Shown one piece after another: positions 10,085 to 21,124 of a stretch of DNA of 64,000 nt (position 1 is the first letter of the stretch; each line of letters opens with the position of its first letter). Below the pieces are notes generated by a model. It was not told the DNA's origin. It searched no databases and saw only the letters and a program-made list of their open reading frames with translations. The position numbers were made by a program, and so were the translations under genes. The stretch lies in assembly GCA_965203315.1 (NCBI GenBank), contig OZ241857.1:384001-448000 (forward strand). The letters are read 5' to 3'. Origin of the DNA: Nitrosopumilus sp. GTDB lineage: Archaea; Thermoproteota; Nitrososphaeria; Nitrososphaerales; Nitrosopumilaceae.

Positions 10085-10299
10085 AGATTAGGCACAAGAC
10101 CATCACGTCGTCTAGCAGACAACTGTCGCAAAAACCTAAACGGAACAGTCTCAAAACCATCGGATGGTATCAGTTGACTGAATCACTTTGCTTCCATGTC
10201 GGGATTACGCAACAGATCCTTGAGACAGATACCTGTGAATTGGTTTACAATCGTATGCTAGTTTAGCACTTGGAATTTACATGCAGTGTTGATAGTTTA

Positions 10300-11196
10300 C
10301 TAGTTGGGATAAACTTGTATATCTAGATCATTGTCTAGTACGCTTCTCAGATCTGCGTGTTCTCTGCCAAACTTTTTTGTTACATTAAATATCTGCGTGT
10401 CTGTAAATTTACCACCCTGGTTCATATACAAAATCACTCTGGGATACATCCAGTCTTCTAGATCATCTTCCTCTAATTTGGAATATGGGCCTCCACCTTG
10501 TACGTGTATCGCTCCTTCTGTTTGAAATTCGTACGGATAGTCCTGCACTCTATGGCATGTCTTACATATGGTCTGCATATAGGCTCCAAAATTACCTGAA
10601 CGGTCTACTCCATATGCATACCATAGTTGGTGTTCAGCTACGATTGCGCTCTCGCATCTCTTACATTCAAACACGGTCCGATCATCTTTGTCTTTTTGTT
10701 TTAATCTGACGCCTTGTCTAAGCGACTCATGCCCTCTCCATACGGTTCCGATCAATTTATCGCAATTTAGACAATGTCCTTTGTATGAAAAATCATAGTA
10801 ACCAAATACCAATCCTGGGTAAACCGTATAATTGTCTACGTGTTTCTTCAAACCTTCATCCAATTTACTCCGTAGTCTCTTCATTACGTTTAGAAAGTGA
10901 ATCTTGTATTTCATATCGTCCTCTTCTTCATCACTAGTAGAGATCGTGTTGATGATTTTATCTACAGTTCCATCAAAATCAGCATGTAACTTTTTTTGCA
11001 GTACTTTCATCTCTCTGTCTTTTTTTCTAATACTCGAAATAAATTTTTTGCTGGTTGACTCTGACTCCATTTTTTGAAGATTCCACTCGGTAAAAAAGTC
11101 GGTTCTTGTTGGATAGAGTTCTATATCGTTGTGATTCATTTTATGTTCACAATAGTTACAAATTATATCGATCTCTTGATCTATACTTTTCTTCAT
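10300..11196 (-). CDS. Hypothetical protein with four CxxC motifs
   Basis: 298-aa ORF; CNYC, CLNC, CKRC, CKTC. Confidence 0.7.
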   Translation of the reverse strand: MKKSIDQEIDIICNYCEHKMNHNDIELYPTRTDFFTEWNLQKMESESTSKKFISSIRKKDREMKVLQKKLHADFDGTVDKIINTISTSDEEEDDMKYKIHFLNVMKRLRSKLDEGLKKHVDNYTVYPGLVFGYYDFSYKGHCLNCDKLIGTVWRGHESLRQGVRLKQKDKDDRTVFECKRCESAIVAEHQLWYAYGVDRSGNFGAYMQTICKTCHRVQDYPYEFQTEGAIHVQGGGPYSKLEEDDLEDWMYPRVILYMNQGGKFTDTQIFNVTKKFGREHADLRSVLDNDLDIQVYPN

Positions 11197-11279
11197 AATC
11201 GTACAAACTATATGATTCTATAAAACTTTTCTCATGTTCAATATATTGGGGGTTATGATGTATTGTATTGCAAGATATT

Positions 11280-11563
11280 GTAGAGTATTGGGTCAGGAAG
11301 AGTCACTAAAAAGTCAACTTGTAATGTTCTATCTTGCAGTCTTTGCCAACTAGAGTCATATACAAGACTCTTGTATCTCAAGAGTAAATGGTCATACTAG
11401 AAGCAGAAAAGCAACTAGTGTCCAAGCAGATAGTATGTCTAGAGAGTGCGGTAGATGAACTGTACGTATTCATGATACAATCCTAGCAGAACCGATAAAC
11501 AGTCGTGCAGAACGTACTCAAGACTTGTGATGTTTAGTAATGTGTGTCAACACGTTGCATCTG
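11280..11563 (+). repeat. Degenerate element, inverted homologue of 34619-35036 (probable transposase relic)
   Basis: Shares CAAGACTCTTGTATCTCAAGAGTAAATGGTCA and GCAGAAAAGCAACTAGTGTCCAAGCAGAT with the reverse complement of the 34.6-35.0 kb copy; this copy has an internal deletion; ends approximate. Confidence 0.75.
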
Positions 11564-12006
11564 TAGTAAAGCGATCGGGATAGTATCTTTACAGGCACAG
11601 CAATGTGGCGGAATCAAGGACTCTAACTATATGAACTAAAGACTGTATGCGTATTATTAAGAGTGCCCATGCCCAATCATCAAACACGATAACAATGAAT
11701 CAATTTGCTTCTAGAAATTACAGCTGTGTTTTATTGTACCTTAAAATGTGTATATGATGTAAGAAATACGCATATAGTCTTATGCTGTTTTTGTTTAGTA
11801 TGTTATTTTACAACGCATGGATCCTAGCACGACACATGCCATCTGAAACAAAAGGATTCTCAGAGATGGGAAGAAAGTCACCAAAGTATACTTTAAGACA
11901 TTTTTACAGCTGCGTTTTCGAGAGTTAATGGCTAGTTGGCCACCGCCCACGAAATAAGTCTACGCGGCAGCACATTTGGGATGACTGTATGTGGGATGAC
12001 TGTAAA

Positions 12007-13485
12007 TCAACCCAAAGTTGGATCGACTATCTTGCCCATGAATAGTATCAGCCCAGTGTCATTATCTTGTACAAAGAATATGAATGGGTGATCGGCATAA
12101 AAGTATAGATTTGGTAGAAACTCCATGCCATCGGGTATTATTGTATCTGCTCTAGGTCTTGTATCTGTACCCATCCGATCAAATAAGAAATACACGGGGT
12201 GATACAACTTGTCTATTTGTAATTCATTTGAGTACTGGACAGTTGCATCTGTAAAGTTATTTTTCGAATCAAATACGTCTTTTACTCCCAACTGCTCAAA
12301 TATCCTACCAAGATCATGACTGTTTTTTATCTCGAATTTTGGCACTTCTGTGTACATGTATGTATGTTCTAAATTACTTTTCCATTCTTCAATCTGTTTT
12401 ACAGATATTGTCTCTTCTATCTCTTTTATGCCGACACTAACATTTGGTAGTATTATTGTTATGGATAGATGTTTTTGTTTGTATGGTATGTTTAATACTT
12501 GTACGTTATCATAATGGGCATATTTGTAACCATACCATGCAGGCTGTATCAAAACATCTACTATTACTTCTTCACTACTAGTCCACAAAGTACTTTTTTC
12601 TAAATGAGTTGGTTCAAATTGCCAATCCCAAGCTGATTTAAAATATGCATTACTTATCAACTGTGAAGACGAATTTTCAAAGTCGCTCGGCAAATATATA
12701 TTGATTATTTTTTCTCTTGTGTTTGTACTGATCCATTCGTTTATTTCATCTATGTTTTTGTTGTTAAAGAGTTCAACTGTGTTTGTTTGATCTTTGAATG
12801 TGTTTTGAGTTATATTGATGTATTTGTCTGTGAAGTTGGTATTTTTTGTAAGCCATATACTGTTGATTATATTGATATCTGTCCATTCCTCATGAACTTG
12901 GATTGTGTTAGTATGATAATTTCCATATTTGTCCTTATCGCAGCACTCTTCATAAGAGACAACTCCCATATGCTTCTTGTCGTTGTTTATAATTGACCAT
13001 AACTTTTTTAGTGATTCGTGTCTAGTTTGAGCATCTGGATTAAATCCCAATACCTTTTCTATCTGTTTTGCAGCATCGCCATCTACCCCCTCATACAGTA
13101 TAGAGAATGCCATAATCAGACTGGTTGGTGAGAAAAGGATGTTTTTGTCTTGGTATTTGGTATCGTTGTGGATGGTTTTGTAAAATTTTATGGCAAACTC
13201 GTTGTTTGCAGATACAATATCTTGTAGTTTACTGTCTGATGTATCTATCGACAGCATCTGTGTATTAGAATATGGCAACCATCCGCGTGTAATCAGTACA
13301 TCTCTGGTCTCTGGTGCAACACATGCTAACGTTCCGCTTGGTCGTTGTATATACACCATGTCTGATTTACATGCATTGTCAGCAAATACCATTCTGGGAT
13401 TTATGGGATCAGAGATATCAAGTTCATAGAATGTAGATGCCGATACAGCAAAGATAATAGATATTGTCAGTATGGTGATCTTCAC
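12007..13485 (-). CDS. Secreted serpin-family protein
   Basis: N-terminal hydrophobic signal; ANNEFA, NILFSPTS, INEWIS, YFKSAW, VPKFEI, FYADHPFIFFV, ILFMGKIVDP. Confidence 0.92.
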   Translation of the reverse strand: MKITILTISIIFAVSASTFYELDISDPINPRMVFADNACKSDMVYIQRPSGTLACVAPETRDVLITRGWLPYSNTQMLSIDTSDSKLQDIVSANNEFAIKFYKTIHNDTKYQDKNILFSPTSLIMAFSILYEGVDGDAAKQIEKVLGFNPDAQTRHESLKKLWSIINNDKKHMGVVSYEECCDKDKYGNYHTNTIQVHEEWTDINIINSIWLTKNTNFTDKYINITQNTFKDQTNTVELFNNKNIDEINEWISTNTREKIINIYLPSDFENSSSQLISNAYFKSAWDWQFEPTHLEKSTLWTSSEEVIVDVLIQPAWYGYKYAHYDNVQVLNIPYKQKHLSITIILPNVSVGIKEIEETISVKQIEEWKSNLEHTYMYTEVPKFEIKNSHDLGRIFEQLGVKDVFDSKNNFTDATVQYSNELQIDKLYHPVYFLFDRMGTDTRPRADTIIPDGMEFLPNLYFYADHPFIFFVQDNDTGLILFMGKIVDPTLG

Positions 13486-13793
13486 TGGACATACACCGCA
13501 AATGGTTCTCTCTCAGAGTCTGTTTCGTCAGATACCTGTACCCAGAATAGATACGTTCCTATTTCAAGATTTGAACTGTGTATAGTGATGTCTGCTGTAC
13601 CGTTTCCGTTATCTATAAGCGTCAGTCCGTCTTGTGGCATGATATCATACGGACTTGTAGTATCATCGGTGGGTTCGATATCAGGTGCGACGGACGATTC
13701 AAGATCGCCTGTATTTTGAGCAAAGACTATACTAGGTACAATTACAAATAATGCAAGTACAAGAATCAACATATGGTTTTTCTTATACAACAA
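13482..13793 (-). CDS. Small secreted acidic protein
   Basis: Signal-like N-terminus; beta-rich C-terminus; 4-bp overlap with the serpin start. Confidence 0.6.
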   Translation of the reverse strand: MLYKKNHMLILVLALFVIVPSIVFAQNTGDLESSVAPDIEPTDDTTSPYDIMPQDGLTLIDNGNGTADITIHSSNLEIGTYLFWVQVSDETDSEREPFAVYVQ

Positions 13794-13966
13794 TACACAT
13801 GACTAGAACGTATTATAAAACAATTATGATCTTGGGTTTATGCAATATCTGGATAGTGTGACATTCATCTGACACATATTTGACCTCATCAATCTCTGCT
13901 ACCGATGAATGTTTCTTGCATGTCTGTTTGATGTATAAATTTTATGAAATATATAGACTCGAACAA

Positions 13967-14146
13967 GAGGTTCTATTCAATTGACGGGGTTGGCATTTTC
14001 TACACAAAATTCTCGAAAAATTTTGCAAAATACGGAAACTGCCTCACACCGGCTATCGTAAATTGCTGATGTTTTGAGTCAGATATTGTGCGTTCTTTGA
14101 GATAATGTCATAACGATCTCAACCCTCATCAATTGAACAGAACCTC
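13967..14146. mobile_element. 180-bp MITE, copy 1
   Basis: TIRs GAGGTTCTATTCAATTGA / TCAATTGAACAGAACCTC; full-length inverted homologue at 42811-42990; no TSD seen. Confidence 0.85.
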
Positions 14147-14184
14147 ATCGAATGATTAATTAGTCCAAATTTGAGAGGGAAGAC

Positions 14185-14778
14185 ATGGGACGAAAAGAGA
14201 GACGTGAAAGAGAACAAAAGCGAGAGAGCTATGCCACAAAACATACTGCACAAAAACGAAAACAGACCATGATCGCGATCGGAGTCTTTGCGGTAATAGG
14301 CGTGATCGTATCTTTTGCAGCGATCGAGTTTACAAATATCTCTGATACGGCACTAGGCGGTCCTAGTGGGGCAGGTCCACAAGGTAGCGCACATGACCAC
14401 GCTGCCATATTGGTTAAAATATTTGGTGATACGTTTGATTTTTCGGCTCCTGCATACCAGATAAAGTCTACTTGGATTCACTTTGAAGGAAACGATGGCT
14501 CGACTATTCACAAACATGCAACAGGCGTAACGCTTGGATTCTTGTTTGACACACTGAGTCTAGGTCTAGATGATCAATGCTTTGAGTTTCAAGATGGACG
14601 AAGCTTTTGTACAAATGAAGAGAATAAACTAGTCTTTTACATAAATGATGAACAAGTACCAGACATACGGGATTATGAAGTGATGGAGAATGATCGAATA
14701 CTAGTATCGTATGGAGCCACTCCTGAAGAATTAGAGGCTCAACTAGTAGAGCTACGCAATCAAGTTCTAGTCAGATAA
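14185..14778 (+). CDS. Thaumarchaeal-type single-TM membrane protein with His motifs
   Basis: Basic N-terminus, one TM helix, AHDHA and IHFE..IHKHA motifs. Confidence 0.75.
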   Translation: MGRKERREREQKRESYATKHTAQKRKQTMIAIGVFAVIGVIVSFAAIEFTNISDTALGGPSGAGPQGSAHDHAAILVKIFGDTFDFSAPAYQIKSTWIHFEGNDGSTIHKHATGVTLGFLFDTLSLGLDDQCFEFQDGRSFCTNEENKLVFYINDEQVPDIRDYEVMENDRILVSYGATPEELEAQLVELRNQVLVR

Positions 14779-15211
14779 GAGTCATCTATAGCAAACATTC
14801 ACGTTTTCAGAGTTTTGATCTACTTGTTCTGGAGCATCATCGGTATGGATTTATTTTGTTCTGGATGTCTTGAGTGACATCTAGATGTTTTTCATATCGT
14901 GTGCAACACGTGATCTTTGTTCATAACATCCGATACATATCGTGAGTGTGGCTGTTTTCCTAGTATTTGACATCACATCCTCGTTTTATCTATCCTGGGG
15001 GTTGTCCGGTGAATATCTCGTAAAATCTATGCATTTTATGATCTCTTAAACAAAATACAACAAATTAACTCTATTTGCCGTTATTTTTCTATTAAAAGTT
15101 AAACTTTGGTGCAAAGTGTACCGTTTTGCACTTCAATAATCAAGTTTGATTAATTAAAACGCCACAAATTAATGCTCGACAAGCATGCATTTACCAAAAA
15201 ACAGTATTTGG

Positions 15212-16288
15212 TTACCACTCAATACCCACTTGTGCTAAAATTACTTTTGAATTATGTGCAGCAATCTTGAACTTTAACTCTTGAACCATGTTTTCCCATT
15301 TTATTGCTTTAATGTCTTCTCCAAATAGGAGTTTCATTGTTGAAAATACACCTTCAACATTTGCACGGTCTCCATATCCTAGAATTATCTTCCAATCATC
15401 TTGATTTTCTTCGCGTTCGTCTGTTGGCATGGAATTTAGATCTTTACCATCTAAAGCACCAAATTGAAACTCGGCTAATTTACTTCTGGGATCATCCCCA
15501 TGTGATACTGCATTACGTTTTATCAATATTCCGTTGATGAGATTATACATCATGCAAAACTCGTGAATCTTTTTTGTATCATAACCTTTGTCGGCGAGAA
15601 TTTTCTTTGTGATTGGTTTACCGGTACGATTACATTCATCAACTATCTCTGTTGCATCTTTTAATAGTTGCTTAAACTGTGACGAATCTGATTTCTTGTC
15701 AGTCGTAATGCTGTATGACCTTATAATCTTTGAATTCACGTCTATACAAATGTGCATTTTTACAAATCCATCTCGTTCTACTTTGTAACGGGCTTCAATC
15801 CATCGACCACCTGCATGTTGTCTAAAGCCAGAAGCATCAATAGCTAGAGTATGTGGCATTTTAGACTTTATAATTAAGAGATCGTTTAAAATATCGACTT
15901 CCTGTGCTTTTATTCTAGCGTGTAACTGAGATCTACGTGGTATCTTGAAATTAGGAAAAGATTTCTCTAACTCTTTTATGAGTCGTCTATATGAATAGTT
16001 GTTTCTAGATTTTGTAATACCTGCGTACATTATAAGAGCTTCTGAATAAAGGAATTGTCCACCACGTTTATTTTTATTCATAAGAGTTAACTCTTTTTCG
16101 AATTCTTCTTTAAATTTATCCTCGTCTTCCAATCTTAAAACAAGCATAAAAAATAAAAGTCTTAATCTTGGTTTATGTTTTAATGATTTCATAATTCTAC
16201 TTAAATTTCTTGCTTTCTCACGTTTTTCTTTACGATTCATGTCCTCATCTTTTAGAAACTTGAACCAATAAGGGAAATCACTCGCCAT
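15212..16288 (-). CDS. IS5-family DDE transposase
   Basis: IDASGF, KMHICID, LADKGYD, YGDRANVEGVFSTMK; paralogue of 60866-61945. Confidence 0.92.
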   Translation of the reverse strand: MASDFPYWFKFLKDEDMNRKEKREKARNLSRIMKSLKHKPRLRLLFFMLVLRLEDEDKFKEEFEKELTLMNKNKRGGQFLYSEALIMYAGITKSRNNYSYRRLIKELEKSFPNFKIPRRSQLHARIKAQEVDILNDLLIIKSKMPHTLAIDASGFRQHAGGRWIEARYKVERDGFVKMHICIDVNSKIIRSYSITTDKKSDSSQFKQLLKDATEIVDECNRTGKPITKKILADKGYDTKKIHEFCMMYNLINGILIKRNAVSHGDDPRSKLAEFQFGALDGKDLNSMPTDEREENQDDWKIILGYGDRANVEGVFSTMKLLFGEDIKAIKWENMVQELKFKIAAHNSKVILAQVGIEW

Positions 16289-16307
16289 GACATTTCTAAA
16301 AATAGTT

Positions 16308-16326
16308 CCCCTTTATAGATCTTTTC
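16308..16326 (-). promoter_or_regulatory. BRE/TATA-like promoter GAAAAGATCTATAAAGGGG of the transposase
   Basis: About 20 nt upstream of the start; same motif and spacing at 45330, 61966 and 63691. Confidence 0.65.
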
Positions 16327-16725
16327 ATTTTGATATCTATTTTGTGTTTTAAAATTAATTGTAAACTAGAACTTGTTACTAATTCTATGCAGCAGTTGAA
16401 AAAACAACACTAGAAACGATGCAATTAGAGAAAATATTTCTCATGTGTTCAAAATCGAGCGATTTGTATCCCCGATGAGTGGATTTGCAGCTGCCCTATT
16501 CCTATTCACCGGACAACCTCCTATCCTGATGTAGATAAACTAGGTTTGGTTCACACAGGTGTAAAATTGGACAAGAGAGTGATTCTACTCTTGACTGCAA
16601 CATTCAAGACATGTGCTATTACTCGACTTTTTGGAACGTTTGATGAACTGTAAAATTATTACGGAACATATTGTAGTCCATAAACACATAAAGATTCATT
16701 TTACGAGCTGTACGATGATACCGCA

Positions 16726-17685
16726 TTGTACAAAAGTCCACTGTTTGGAATCATACGGAAATACCTGCAGAATGGAACAGATGATCAGACGATTCACATA
16801 TTTGTGCCATACATAAAAACAAACGTACTAGAAAAATTGTTAAAAGATCTGAATAACAATGTGGTTGTGATAACTACATGGAAACCGCGAGATATCTTGC
16901 TTGGTTCATCAGATCTCGATCTGTATCCGTTCTGCAAAGAAAATAAAATTACATTATACATTAACAACAGACTACATCTCAAAGTGTACTCTGTTGGATT
17001 AAATGATGCAATACTTGCCACAGGTAACGTATCGAATAGAGGATTATTGAATAACGGCAATTATGAATCTGCAACACTCGTTCATTTGACTAGCTATGAT
17101 CGACTATTCTTTGAGACTATTAGACATGAATCTAGATTGGTCGATGACGAGATGTATGATCTGCTTGAGACATGGATTAAAGATAACAAGATTGAACCTA
17201 TCGATGACACTCCTATCGAAAGTATTGTGCCGATGTCTAAAAAAGATGACTTTCTTACATCTGCATTGCCAATGACTAGGAGTGTTGATGATCTCATTTA
17301 TGGATACCAAAAGATTGCGTCTGGTGAAGAACCTAGTACTGATTCTGAGACTAGAGCATGTATATTTCATGACTTGGCAAACTATCAGATCACTCAAGGA
17401 TTGAACGAACAAGAATTCAGAGATGAATTATCTGCCAAATTTTTTGCTCATCCATTTATCAAAAAGATCGATGAACTTGTTGATCCAGAAGCTTATTTTG
17501 GACAAATCAAAGAATGGATTCAAGGTAACTGTACCGATGTGCCTGTACCAAGTAGACGTGAATTGACAGGAAATGTTCAAGTGTTGTTAGAATGGTTTGT
17601 AAAACTAGGAAGATCTAGATATGTGATCGATGTGCCGGGAGTTAGATCACAACGTATTCGAAAAATCGACACTACTCATCACTGA
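16726..17685 (+). CDS. Phospholipase D-superfamily putative nuclease
   Basis: FVPYIK, LHLKVY, ATGNVSNRGL, NYE: single HxK motif with downstream GN of PLD-type nucleases. Confidence 0.8.
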   Translation: MYKSPLFGIIRKYLQNGTDDQTIHIFVPYIKTNVLEKLLKDLNNNVVVITTWKPRDILLGSSDLDLYPFCKENKITLYINNRLHLKVYSVGLNDAILATGNVSNRGLLNNGNYESATLVHLTSYDRLFFETIRHESRLVDDEMYDLLETWIKDNKIEPIDDTPIESIVPMSKKDDFLTSALPMTRSVDDLIYGYQKIASGEEPSTDSETRACIFHDLANYQITQGLNEQEFRDELSAKFFAHPFIKKIDELVDPEAYFGQIKEWIQGNCTDVPVPSRRELTGNVQVLLEWFVKLGRSRYVIDVPGVRSQRIRKIDTTHH

Positions 17686-17721
17686 TATCTTTTTAAACCC
17701 CAGTACAGCTCAACTGGTGAA

Positions 17722-19302
17722 TTGGATATCGAAGATCTCTTACGAAGAGCAAGCTCATCATTAGGCAAATTCTTAACAAAAGAAGCGTTAGAAGTCTTGA
17801 AAACAGATGCAGAAGCATTACGTCCAGAAAACTTGATCAGTCTTATTCTTGATTCGATCTCTCCATACAGTATGCTCAAAGATCAAGATATGCGTAACAT
17901 ACTAATAAAAGCTATGACGCAAAAAGATGCAGAAGAGTTTGCCAAGTTTATTGGGATTTCAGAATGGAATGACATTTACTATAAATTAACACATACGAAA
18001 TTTACAGATAAAACATTAAAAATTGCACTGGAATTTTTTGGTGAAAAATTTGAAGATGACATACAAATGACAAAACCTGATTTTGAGAATATCGCCCCAT
18101 CGAGGCCTCTGTTTGACTATCAAGTGAGTACAATCTACAAAATTCAAAAATTTCTATCCGTGAAACCACACAAAGTTTTACTACACATGCCTACAGGAGC
18201 TGGCAAGACGATCTCAACTATGAGAGTCATACTGAATCACCTATTAGAAAACCCACACAACCTTGTAATCTGGCTTGCTCATAACGAAGAGCTATGTGAA
18301 CAAGCATTTGTCGAATTCCAAAACTCGTGGAAATTTGGAGGAGATAGACCAATTGACACATATAGATTTTTTGGCAAAAGTCAAGTTGACCCATTGAATA
18401 TAACCGATGGGTTTATGGTAGCTGGTCTACAAAAAATGTTGGCGTCTGCAAGAAAGAATAATGAATTTCTAGCAAGAGTCTCTCAAAAAACTACTTTGGT
18501 GGTGATCGACGAAGCTCATCAAGCAATAGCTGAAAAATTCTCTATTGTCATCGAAGAATTAGCAGACAATGAAACAAAATTGTTAGGTCTCAGTGCAACA
18601 CCTGGACGTAAAACTGAAATTGAAGATGAAGAAAATAGAAAATTGGCGAGATTTTTTAATAGTCAAAAGGTAATGTTGGACACAGGCGATGAAAACCCAA
18701 TACATTATTTAACTAGAAATAACTATCTAGCAGAACCAAAATTTAATCAAATCATATATACTGGTGAAGTTTTAACCCCTCAAGATTTAAGCGACATAAA
18801 AAAACATGCAGACATTCCGTACAGAATTTTAGAAAAACTCTCAATTCAAACAAAACGTAATCTCGTCATAATGAGTGAGATCATGCGTCTTGCTAACATA
18901 CACAAAAAGATAATTGTGTTTGCGACATCTGTTAGTCATGCTCAAACAATTTCTCAGATACTAGCAGCTAAAAAATACAAAGCTCACTATCTCACATACA
19001 ATACTCCTTCCAATACAAGAAAGAAGATTTTACACAACTACAAGAACACAGATACACCGATGATCTTGTGTAATTATGGCATACTTACAACCGGTTTTGA
19101 TGCTCCTAGAACATCGGCAATCGTTATAGCGCGTCCTACTAAATCACGTGTTTTGTATGCTCAAATGGTAGGTCGAGGAATACGTGGTGAAAGAGCAGGT
19201 GGAAACAAAAGATGTGAAATCTCAACCGTTAAAGACGAGATCGATGAGTTTATTAATGTAGCAGAAATTTTTATACAATGGGAGTCTGCGTGGAATGACT
19301 GA
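17722..19302 (+). CDS. SF2 (DEAH) helicase/translocase, restriction-subunit-like
   Basis: MPTGAGKT, IDEAH, GLSATP, TTGFDAP, QMVGRGIR. Confidence 0.93.
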   Translation: MDIEDLLRRASSSLGKFLTKEALEVLKTDAEALRPENLISLILDSISPYSMLKDQDMRNILIKAMTQKDAEEFAKFIGISEWNDIYYKLTHTKFTDKTLKIALEFFGEKFEDDIQMTKPDFENIAPSRPLFDYQVSTIYKIQKFLSVKPHKVLLHMPTGAGKTISTMRVILNHLLENPHNLVIWLAHNEELCEQAFVEFQNSWKFGGDRPIDTYRFFGKSQVDPLNITDGFMVAGLQKMLASARKNNEFLARVSQKTTLVVIDEAHQAIAEKFSIVIEELADNETKLLGLSATPGRKTEIEDEENRKLARFFNSQKVMLDTGDENPIHYLTRNNYLAEPKFNQIIYTGEVLTPQDLSDIKKHADIPYRILEKLSIQTKRNLVIMSEIMRLANIHKKIIVFATSVSHAQTISQILAAKKYKAHYLTYNTPSNTRKKILHNYKNTDTPMILCNYGILTTGFDAPRTSAIVIARPTKSRVLYAQMVGRGIRGERAGGNKRCEISTVKDEIDEFINVAEIFIQWESAWND

Positions 19303-21094
19303 GAAAGACTATTCTATATTTGCAGGGGATAAATTCATAGAATCAATGCGTAGTAGCGGATATGAAGATACATCATATGCAGTAGCAGAACTAGTGGATA
19401 ATTCCATAGATGCAAATGCGAAACATATTGAGATATTGTGTCAAGATGTCGATGACCCTAGTACGGGCAGATCCATCTTAAAAAAAATAGCTGTGCTAGA
19501 TGATGGTAATGGAATGAACGCATCCCAACTGCGTAGTGCACTTTTATTTGGAGATGGTACACGTGGAGATAATTCTAAAGATATTGGAAAATATGGCATG
19601 GGGTTGCCAAATTCATCCTTATCTCAATGTAAAAGAGTCGAAGTCTACTCGTGGCAAAATGGTTCTAAACCAGTTTATAGTTATATTGATGTTGATGAAG
19701 TAAAACAAGGAAAAAAAGAGATTCCCATACCTGTTGAAAAAAAGATCAATGTTGCATGGATAGAGATGGCGACTCACTTTTCAAGAGAGTCAGGCACACT
19801 AGTGGTGTGGTCTAAACTCGATAGATGTACTTGGGTAACATCAAAGAAGATTATCGAACACTCTGAATTTCACATAGGGCGCATCTATAGAAAGTTTATC
19901 GCTAGTAAAAGAGCCACAATACTCATGACGGCTTCAAAAATAAACGAAAATGATCAAGTTGTTGACGTCAACGCCAAAGAAATGCTTCCAAACGATCCAT
20001 TATATTTAATGGCGCCTACGTCTACACCTGGCAAGTGGGGAAAAATTCCAATGTTTAAGCCAGACGTAACGCCTGAAAAAACCTATACTATAGATTATGC
20101 TGGGAGACCACACATAATAACTGTCAGGTATTCTATTGAGAAGGATGAGCTTAGAGCCCCAGAAAATGTATCTGGTGATCAAGGTAATACACCACATGGA
20201 AAACACGCTCGCAGAAATGTAGGTGTCTCTATTATGCGAGCTGATCGTGAAATAGCATTAGATATGAGCCTGGTTATAGGATCTGATCCTCGGGATCGAT
20301 GGTGGGGTGTTGAAATCGATATACCATCCTCATTAGATCGAGTAGTAGATCTTACAGCAGATAAACAAAAGATGGTTGCGTTGACACAAATAATGAGACT
20401 CATAGGTAGATTTGGTGATGATGACTCGGACAGAGATGATATCTTGTTAGATGTCTCTGAGATGGATCATGCTCGTTCAAAATTATTTTCAATAATCCGC
20501 GACACAAAGGCACACATAAGTTCTATGCAACGACGAATTAGAGCAACACGTGCAGGGACACGCACGAGTGTAAAGGGGTCAAAATTGAAAGCCAAGATCG
20601 ATGGCGGAATAAAGAAAGAAGCAGAAGTGGGCGAAATCGGAGAAAGTGACAAAGATAGAGAAAAGTTAACTAAAGAGGAGCGTATAACTATGCTTATCGA
20701 AGATCAAGTGTCTGACGGAGTCGAAGAAAGTCTAGCTAGAGAACGAGCAGAAAAGATGGTAGAGGAGGACTACAAGATCATCTTTGAAGAGGTAGAGGGA
20801 GAAGGAAGTAGCTTCTTTACTGTTCAAAATATTGGTGGAATACTCAAAGTAAAGATAAATTCCAATCATCGAGCATACAAAAATCTATTGACGTTGACTG
20901 TTTCAGAAAAGAAAGATAGTTTGAACTGTGATGAGCGTCTAGACCTAACTAAAGATGGACTGTGGCTACTGTTGGCATCTTGGGCACGTCTTGAAGATCT
21001 CACAGAGAATCGTGAAAAGAAAAGAAACATACAAAATACTAGATTTGATTGGGGTCGAGAGTTGGATATATTTTTAGAACAAAATGAAAAGTAG
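19295..21094 (+). CDS. GHKL/MORC-type ATPase
   Basis: AELVDNSIDA, DDGNGM, GKYGMGL, GTLVVW; 8-bp overlap with the helicase. Confidence 0.9.
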   Translation: MTEKDYSIFAGDKFIESMRSSGYEDTSYAVAELVDNSIDANAKHIEILCQDVDDPSTGRSILKKIAVLDDGNGMNASQLRSALLFGDGTRGDNSKDIGKYGMGLPNSSLSQCKRVEVYSWQNGSKPVYSYIDVDEVKQGKKEIPIPVEKKINVAWIEMATHFSRESGTLVVWSKLDRCTWVTSKKIIEHSEFHIGRIYRKFIASKRATILMTASKINENDQVVDVNAKEMLPNDPLYLMAPTSTPGKWGKIPMFKPDVTPEKTYTIDYAGRPHIITVRYSIEKDELRAPENVSGDQGNTPHGKHARRNVGVSIMRADREIALDMSLVIGSDPRDRWWGVEIDIPSSLDRVVDLTADKQKMVALTQIMRLIGRFGDDDSDRDDILLDVSEMDHARSKLFSIIRDTKAHISSMQRRIRATRAGTRTSVKGSKLKAKIDGGIKKEAEVGEIGESDKDREKLTKEERITMLIEDQVSDGVEESLARERAEKMVEEDYKIIFEEVEGEGSSFFTVQNIGGILKVKINSNHRAYKNLLTLTVSEKKDSLNCDERLDLTKDGLWLLLASWARLEDLTENREKKRNIQNTRFDWGRELDIFLEQNEK

Positions 21095-21124
21095 GTTTAA
21101 AAGCAACTGACCGCAGTTCCGTAT

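Larger units (their letters stand above)
14998..16520 (-). mobile_element. IS5-family insertion sequence, intact
   Basis: 18-bp TIR G(G/A)GGTTGTCCGGTGAATA; 8-bp TSD CTATCCTG at 14990-14997 and 16521-16528. Confidence 0.92.

Noticed and set aside
11978-12005. TGGGATGACTGTA twice, as a possible CRISPR or iteron
   Set aside because: Only two adjacent 13-bp copies with no spacers and no cas genes
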